Shown here piece after piece: positions 57,689 to 64,000 of a DNA stretch of 64,000 bases. Numbering within the stretch: the first letter of the stretch is position 1; each line of letters begins with the position of its first letter. The notes under the pieces are model-generated. The model saw only the letters and a program-made list of their open reading frames with translations, was not told the origin of the DNA and made no database searches. The stretch is from Acidobacteriota bacterium (GTDB lineage Bacteria > Acidobacteriota > CAIWXX01), in NCBI GenBank assembly GCA_040755995.1, contig JBFMAF010000010.1:128001-192000 (forward strand), in the 5' to 3' direction. The translations under genes and the position numbers were made by a program.

Positions 57689-60339
57689 ATGATCGGCACC
57701 AGTCTTGGCCCGTATGAGATCGTGAGCCGGCTCGGTGCCGGTGGCATGGGTGAGGTATGGCGCCCCCGCGACACGCGACTCGGCCGGGATGTCGCGATCA
57801 AGGTGCTGCCGGCGCACCTGTCGGCCAGCCCCGAGATCCGCGCGCGATTCGAACGCGAGGCACGCGCGATCTCAAAGCTCAATCACCCACACATTTGCAC
57901 TCTCCACGACATCGGCAGGCAGGAAGAAATCGACTACATCGTGATGGAGCTGCTGGAGGGAGAGACGCTCGCCCACCGCCTCGAGAAAGGACCGTTGCCG
58001 ATCGCAGAGGTGCTGAAGGTTGGGACTCAGATCGCCGACGCCGTGGGTGCCGCGCATCGCAGCGGCGTCGTGCACCGCGACTTGAAACCCGCGAACGTCA
58101 TGTTGACGAAGGGCGGGGTGAAGCTGATGGACTTCGGCCTGGCTCGCAGCACCGAGATTGCACCGGTGACCCGCGCCGTGGCCGAATCGCCGACTGTAAG
58201 CCGGCCGCTGACAGCGGAAGGCACAATCGTCGGCACGTTCCAGTACATGGCGCCGGAGCAGTTGGAGGGGAAGACGGCGGACGCACGGTGTGACCTGTGG
58301 GCGCTCGGGTGCGTGCTGTACGAAATGACGACAGGGAAGCGCGCGTTCGAGGGGAAGAGCCAGGCGAGCCTGATCGCGGCGATCCTCAAGGAGACGCCGC
58401 GTCCGGTATCGGAGCTGCAGCCTCTCGCGCCGCCGGCGCTCGAGAGGATCGTGAACCGCTGTATGGAGAAGGACCCGGACGAGCGCTTTCAGTCCGCGCG
58501 CGACCTCGCCTTCGATCTTCATGGTGTTGCGGAATCCTCGTCGAGCAGCATTGGCGAAGGGACTCGAGCCGTCGCGGCCCCGCCTGCCCGCCGACGCTGG
58601 ATCTGGATGGCGATCACCCTGGCCTCCGTGGGCGTAGCGGTTGTTGCCCTGATCTGGCGCGGCCCCGCGGATGGGGTCGGCCATCGACGGGCAACGTTCG
58701 CAGACCTCGCCCTCCCGGCCGGTGTCCGGACCGGCAGTCCGGCCCTCGTCTCGAGCGACGGCCGGCAGGTTCGTCTCTTGGGCGCCGATCGAACCGGTAC
58801 ACACTACTGGCTGAGGGACCTCGACTCGGGCGGCATCCATGAGCTGCCGCTCCTCGACCTCAGCGCTCCCCTGGCCTGGTCGGCGGACGGGCGCCGCATC
58901 GTGTCCTGGTTTCCCGACAACCTGCTGAAGGAGCTCGACGTGGAGAGCCAGGTGACGAGGACGCTGGGCCCGTTTCCCAATGTCCCCGGCCGTTTCAGCC
59001 CGATCGAAGGAACGCTGAACCGGGCGGGCGATATGCTCGTGGCCAGATGGGGCCTGGTCCATGTGCCCGCCTCGGGAGGTGCTCCGACGGTCGTGGCCTC
59101 GCCCGATGCCGCGCGCGGGGAGGTGTTCTACCATGCGCCTGGGTTCCTCCCCGACGGACGCCACTACCTGTTCAGCGTTCTCGGCCTGACCGGTGAACAG
59201 TCCGCAGTGTACGCGGGCACCCTCGGTTCGTCGGCCCGCAAACGCGTCCTCGGCTCGATCTCGTGGGCGGCCTTCGCACAAGGGTATCTGCTGTTCCGAC
59301 GAGACACGACGCTGTTTGCCCAGCCGTTCGATCCGGAAGGCCTGCAGCTTTCGGGAGAGCCCGCTCCTCTCGCAGACGACCTGTGGGTGAGCCCGTGGGG
59401 GTTCGCTACTGCGTGGGTCTCCGGCGAAACGTTGGTGTACCTGGCCGGGCCGCCATGGCGATCCCAGCTCACCTGGTTCGACCGCAGCGGACGAGAATCC
59501 GGCCGGCTGGGCGACCCCGCCGAGATCGTCACGTTCGACCTCTCCCCGGGGGGAACCGCGTGGTCGCGTCAATCGGCTTCCCCGGCAGCCTCTGGCTCGT
59601 CGATTCGTCGCACGGCTCCTGGATGCGCTTGACCGGCGGCGAGGAGGACACCGATCCGCGCTTCAGAGACGACGGCCAGGCCGTGCTGTACGGCGGCGGT
59701 CTGCCAGGCCGGCGCTGCCTTTTCCGTGTCAGCCTCGACGGCGGGGCGCGCGTTGCCGTCATGTGGGCGCCGCAGCCGGGGGCGGGAGAGTGGCCGCCGG
59801 GTATGTTCCTTGACGATTGGTCACGCGACGGCCGAGCGGCCCTGTACCACCCCGGATTGGGCGGCAGCCTGTGGAGTGCCCCGGTCACCAACGATGGCGA
59901 GCCGCGGCGGGTTGTGGAATGCACAGGATGCCGGACCGACCAGGCGCGCTTCTCCCCCGACGGGCGCTGGATCGCCTTCCACTCGGATGAGACCAATCGG
60001 GCGGAGGTGTACGTCGTCCCCTTCTCCCCGACAGGCGAGCGCTGGCAAATCTCGACAAGGGGCGGCGTCCAGCCACTCTGGCGCAGGGACGGCCGCGAGC
60101 TGTTCTACCTCGACCGAGATGGGAACCTCATGTCTGTGGAGGTACACACCGAGCGGACGTTCGCAGCAGGAACGCCGCGCCTTCTGTTTCGCACCGCCTT
60201 GGGTTTCCCGGACTTTAGTGTCGAGGATTACGGTGTGACCGCCGACGGGCAGCGATTCCTCTTCAAGATGCCGGTCGCAGCAGGCGTCGATTATACACTC
60301 AAGTTGGTACTCGACTGGCCGGCCCTTGTGAAGCAGTAG
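57689..60339 (+). pseudogene. Hanks-type Ser/Thr kinase with TM segment and PD40/TolB-like propeller, frameshifted at G6 (59548-59553)
   Basis: LGAGGMGEV, VAIKVL, HRDLKPAN, DFGLA, GTFQYMAPE. Propeller continues in another frame (DWSRDGR, FSPDGRW, WRRDGREL). Confidence 0.88.
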
Positions 60340-60557
60340 TCGCTGGAGCCGAAATTCTCAGGTGGACGCCGCACGTCCATGAACTCCGGCCATGTGAGCG
60401 ATTCCTGCCTGTCCCCCCAGACATAACGCGGATTGCAGCAGTCGTCCCCGGCCATCAAGGTCTTGGTGCGGATCAACTTGAGCGCGACTCGCTTGACCAC
60501 TTCCCGGCGTGAAGAGATCTGCCGAGGCGTAGAGCCTCCCCCTGTTGCTGGTGAGGT

Positions 60558-60884
60558 TCAGAACGCCACGACCAGCCCGGCGCTCGCGTCGAACTGCAGC
60601 ATCCCCCAGCCAGAGATGCGTATGGTGCTGCCCTGACCGCCGAAGCCACCCGCGGCGGCCGCGCCCGAGAAGATGCCCAGGGCCCGGGCTTCCAGCATGC
60701 AGTAGTTAAGCGCATGCAGAAACCTCGATTCCGAAATCCATTTCCGCCGGTCTACCAGTTCGTTGTGCATGATCGCGATCTGGCCTGTGGGCCCCCCGAA
60801 ACTGATGAAGCCGAGCTTCAGCCAGAAGCGAAGTGCCTGGCCCAGCGTGGGCCGGGGCGGTGACGTCGTTCCAGTTGTATTCAT
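60558..60884 (-). pseudogene. chrA: Chromate transporter N-terminal fragment
   Basis: [43 protein letters not shown], then homology is lost (expected LPGP missing). Confidence 0.85.
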
Positions 60885-61837
60885 TTCCTTCCCAATTTCC
60901 TCTGCGTGGTGGTTGTTTGTAGCGTGTCATAGAGCGCGTCGAACAGCGTGAAACCGCGCTCCAGGATATCCTGATCGTTCATCGGACTCGCTCCCCAGCC
61001 CTGCAGTACGCGTTGAAGTCCTATGCCTTCCAGCCGGCCGTATTTCTCATCCTCGAGGTCGGTGTCGTGAACGATCTCGGCCACTACCCGCAGCGCAGGG
61101 TCTTGAATCCCGAACCTCCTGACGAGCGTTTCGAAAGTGCAACCGCCGTTCTCGTGACTGAATTGGGCGTTCGGCATGTCAAACCCTATCGCATCCGGAT
61201 GCTCTGTCCGATTCGTGCTGAACACGAAGCGCGCATTGCGATCGATGAAGTTCCGGATGAGCCACGCGCTTGCAACTCGATCGATCTCCGGCCGCTCGCG
61301 TGTAACCCACGTCCGTCCGGCGTACCTGGCGGCCTGGCGCGCCTGCCTGGCGCGCTTCTCGGGATACAGCAGGCGGCGGGCACGCTCCAGCTGAGCCGAT
61401 GCCCGCCGGCCTTCCGGGCATCGGAAGTAGTCAATGGACCAGATGCCCTGTAGGCGCCTCTGGAACGCGGCCAGCTCCGCTACCAGAGTCTGCTGAGACT
61501 TCCCGGTCCGCCCCCGCGTCCATGCAGCCAGTTCCGCGGACAGCGCGCGATAGTCCGCGGAGCGCCCGCAGTTGAACATCGCCTCTGCATCGGCTCGGGC
61601 CAACCCCTCGATCTCCGCCGCGTGGACCATGTATGCCTCGCATCCCCGGTCCTCGAGCTCCTTGGACAGCCAGAGGAACCGTTCCCGGCAGTCCGGCCGG
61701 TCGGGCAGAATGTGGGCTGAGGTCTTGAGCTGAACCGCTCCGATCTTCTTGAGGCGGCGCCAGAGATGAACCCGCTCGGCGTTTTTCCGCGCCGGAAGAG
61801 TGTACAACAGCAACAGCCAGGTGCCCTTCTCTCCCAT
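60881..61837 (-). CDS. chrB: Chromate resistance regulator ChrB
   Basis: WLLLLYTLP...[36 protein letters not shown]. Overlaps the chrA start. Confidence 0.9.
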   Translation of the reverse strand: MGEKGTWLLLLYTLPARKNAERVHLWRRLKKIGAVQLKTSAHILPDRPDCRERFLWLSKELEDRGCEAYMVHAAEIEGLARADAEAMFNCGRSADYRALSAELAAWTRGRTGKSQQTLVAELAAFQRRLQGIWSIDYFRCPEGRRASAQLERARRLLYPEKRARQARQAARYAGRTWVTRERPEIDRVASAWLIRNFIDRNARFVFSTNRTEHPDAIGFDMPNAQFSHENGGCTFETLVRRFGIQDPALRVVAEIVHDTDLEDEKYGRLEGIGLQRVLQGWGASPMNDQDILERGFTLFDALYDTLQTTTTQRKLGRK

Positions 61838-61847
61838 GTTGCCTATC

Positions 61848-61872
61848 TTACACTAATGTAACATATGTTTCA
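61848..61872. promoter_or_regulatory. Candidate ChrB operator
   Basis: Overlapping inverted repeats TTACA-CTAA-TGTAA and TGTAACAT-ATGTTTCA, 10 bp upstream of chrB. Confidence 0.5.
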
Positions 61873-62219
61873 ACCCGCCGCTTGCCACCCGCCTCCCGAT
61901 TGCCACCGCCGTGTTCGCCCGCCGCACCCCCTGTCGTGCAGAAAAACTGCAGGAGACCGCTCCCGGGATGGAGCGCTGAGCGTCCACCTTCACATGGGGC
62001 TGCGCCTCTGATAGACTTCCCGGCGTGGATGAATTTGACCTGCCAGGTATGCTCGCGTTTCGAGACGCCGCCAGACAGCGCTGCCTGACCCGTTTCCTCT
62101 CGACCGTCAAAGCGTAAGCAACAGGACGCATTCCACAGCGGTGAAGGCTCAGTTGCGGCGAGCCGCGATGGGCCGGAGTTCGTAAGATTTCGCGCTTGCG
62201 CGAGGAAGGATGGAAACGC

Positions 62220-62540
62220 GTGGGGAACAAACTGTACATCGGCAACTTGCCGTTCCAGGTGGGCGAGGAGGAATTGCGGCAACTCATGGAGCAGGCCGGT
62301 GCGGTCCAGTCGGTTCGCGTCGTGCGCGACGCCGCCACCGGCCGTGCGAGGGGCTTCGCGTTTGTAGAGATGGGCAGCGACGAGGAAGCCCAGAAGGCCA
62401 TCACGCAGCTGAACGGCCAGAGCCTTCAGGGACGTTCGCTGACCGTCAACGAAGCTCGCTCCTCCGGCGACAGGCCTCGAGACGGAGGCCGTGGGCCGCG
62501 CGAGTTCGGCGGTGGCAGCGGCGGGCGGCAGCGTTGGTAG
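62220..62540 (+). CDS. RRM RNA-binding protein with Gly/Arg-rich tail
   Basis: RNP2 KLYIGNL and RNP1 RGFAFVEM; GTG start. Confidence 0.93.
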   Translation: MGNKLYIGNLPFQVGEEELRQLMEQAGAVQSVRVVRDAATGRARGFAFVEMGSDEEAQKAITQLNGQSLQGRSLTVNEARSSGDRPRDGGRGPREFGGGSGGRQRW

Positions 62541-62592
62541 GGTACGGGTTCCAAGAACACCGAGAACTGTCATCGTCTCAAGAGGATCAACA

Positions 62593-63672
62593 ATGAAAAG
62601 AACTTTTGCAGTGTGTCTCATCGTGGCCTGGGCAGTTGGATTCGGATGCGGGAAGGGTGACTCACAGGCCGTCACACCGGCCGGCTCACCCGCGGCACAA
62701 AAGGATGCACAACAGGGCGCTCAGCCTGGTGCCGCTCCCGCCACCCCGCAGGCCATGCCGTCCGAGAAGCCGAAGCCCGTGCCTGCAGAGCTTCCTGCGG
62801 TTGTGGCCAAAGTCAACGGCGAGGACATCAAGAGAACCGATCTCGAGGAGGCCGTTCGCGACGCCGAACGGCGTGCGGGCTCCCCGGTGCCCGCCGAAAA
62901 CCGCGACCAGATCTACCGTGGAGTTCTGGACAGTCTCGTTGGTTACAGGTTGTTGCTGCAGGAGAGCCGGACGCGGAAGATCCCGGTGACCGATGCCGAC
63001 GTGAGCGCGAAGATCGCGGAGATCAAGGGACAGTTCCCGAACGAGCAGGCGTTCACGCAGGCGCTTGCGGGGGAGGGGATGACGCCGGAAGCGATGCAGA
63101 GCAGGATCCGCCAGGACCTCTCGGTCATGAAGCTGATCGATGCGGAGGTCACACCCAAGGTATCCGTTCAGGACGCCGATGTGACGGGGTTCTACGATCA
63201 GAACAGGGACCGCTTCAAGGAAGGCGAGGCGGTTCACGCGAGCCACATACTAATAAGGGTCCAGGAGAATGCGGATGCCGCCGCAAAGAAACAGGCGCGC
63301 GACAAGATCGACGCTATCCTGGTTCAGCTCAAAGGCGGAGCGGACTTCGCCGTCCTGGCGAAAAAGGACTCGCAAGACCCCGGCAGCGCTCCCAACGGCG
63401 GGGACCTCGGCTTCTTCGTGAGAGGCCAGATGGTGCCGGCGTTCGAGAATGTGGCGTTTTCGCTGAAGCCAGGCGAGCTCAGCAATGTCGTCGAGACGCC
63501 GTTCGGGTACCACATCATCAAGGTCGCCGAACACCGGCCGGAGCGGACTGTGCCCATGCTGGAGGTGTCTGATCGCATCCGCGAGTTCCTCGCCGGGCAA
63601 CAGCGGGAAGCCAAGACGAAGGAGCTGATCGACGGCCTGAAGACCAAGGCCACGGTCGAGATCCTGATCTAG
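62593..63672 (+). CDS. Parvulin-type peptidyl-prolyl isomerase (PrsA/SurA-like lipoprotein)
   Basis: Lipobox-like GFGC, VAKVNG, HASHILI, GGDLGFF.RGQMVPAFE, ETPFGYHIIKV. Confidence 0.92.
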   Translation: MKRTFAVCLIVAWAVGFGCGKGDSQAVTPAGSPAAQKDAQQGAQPGAAPATPQAMPSEKPKPVPAELPAVVAKVNGEDIKRTDLEEAVRDAERRAGSPVPAENRDQIYRGVLDSLVGYRLLLQESRTRKIPVTDADVSAKIAEIKGQFPNEQAFTQALAGEGMTPEAMQSRIRQDLSVMKLIDAEVTPKVSVQDADVTGFYDQNRDRFKEGEAVHASHILIRVQENADAAAKKQARDKIDAILVQLKGGADFAVLAKKDSQDPGSAPNGGDLGFFVRGQMVPAFENVAFSLKPGELSNVVETPFGYHIIKVAEHRPERTVPMLEVSDRIREFLAGQQREAKTKELIDGLKTKATVEILI

Positions 63673-63738
63673 CGAGGCTGCGCCTCGGGCCATACAGCGC
63701 GTCACGCATTGCGTCCACTCGTCCAATCCATCGTGGAC

Positions 63739-64000
63739 TTATGACGCGTTGTATAGCGCTGCAGGCAGGATTCCGTGCTGGCGGGCGAAGATGATCGCCC
63801 GGCAAAGGGCCGGTGTCAGCGGCGCCTCGAGGTTCAGGAAGCCTGACTTCACTGCAGCGTCCAAGTCATTCCGCATGAGGTTATAGGCCCAGAGATAGCG
63901 CCGCTGCACCGAGGCTTCGATCGACAGGTCGTCGTAGAAGGCCTCGGGGGAGATCGTACCGAGCAGCAATGACGCGACCCTGCCTGCCTCGCCGGGTGCC
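63739..64000 (-). CDS. C-terminal part of an unidentified protein running off the window
   Basis: Open frame from the window edge to the stop at 63739; no family recognised. Confidence 0.4.
   Translation of the reverse strand, partial: APGEAGRVASLLLGTISPEAFYDDLSIEASVQRRYLWAYNLMRNDLDAAVKSGFLNLEAPLTPALCRAIIFARQHGILPAALYNAS

Noticed and set aside
61880..62219. Riboswitch or ncRNA in the long leader of the RRM gene
   Set aside because: No known RNA motif recognised by eye; an Rfam/Infernal scan is needed
1..64000. CRISPR array, rRNA, intact IS or prophage
   Set aside because: No repeat-spacer arrays, rRNA-like sequence, transposase or phage genes recognised

Overview
GC-rich bacterial window, about 45 genes. 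The Ser/Thr kinase with PD40 repeats suggests Acidobacteriota (inference only). Metabolic and housekeeping content: a PTS EI-EIIA fusion (partial), a secreted GH38 alpha-mannosidase, an acyl-CoA ligase, asnB, glgP, a PLP decarboxylase, a complex I operon (nuoABCDEHJKLMN; nuoF/G absent from the window, nuoI displaced), cobO, an S9 peptidase, an amino-acid ABC transporter, a PPi-dependent PFK, tRNA-Ser(UGA), chrB with a truncated chrA, an RRM protein and a parvulin PPIase. Several genes are broken or fragmentary. The standout is a compact minus-strand cassette at 31934-35072: TetR regulator > 48-aa peptide ending WTKPTLEDVSGRVMAQPYIRFT > PqqD/MftB-like RRE protein > MftC-like radical SAM enzyme with a degenerate SPASM region > UbiA/MenA-type prenyltransferase. 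It carries two copies of a TGACC-N4-GGTCA palindrome and a 15-bp hairpin after the peptide gene. The layout mirrors mycofactocin (mftR-A-B-C), but the core differs and a membrane prenyltransferase is added, so it is a candidate undescribed RiPP, possibly a prenylated peptide-derived cofactor. All family calls come from motif recognition by eye; no database searches were run.
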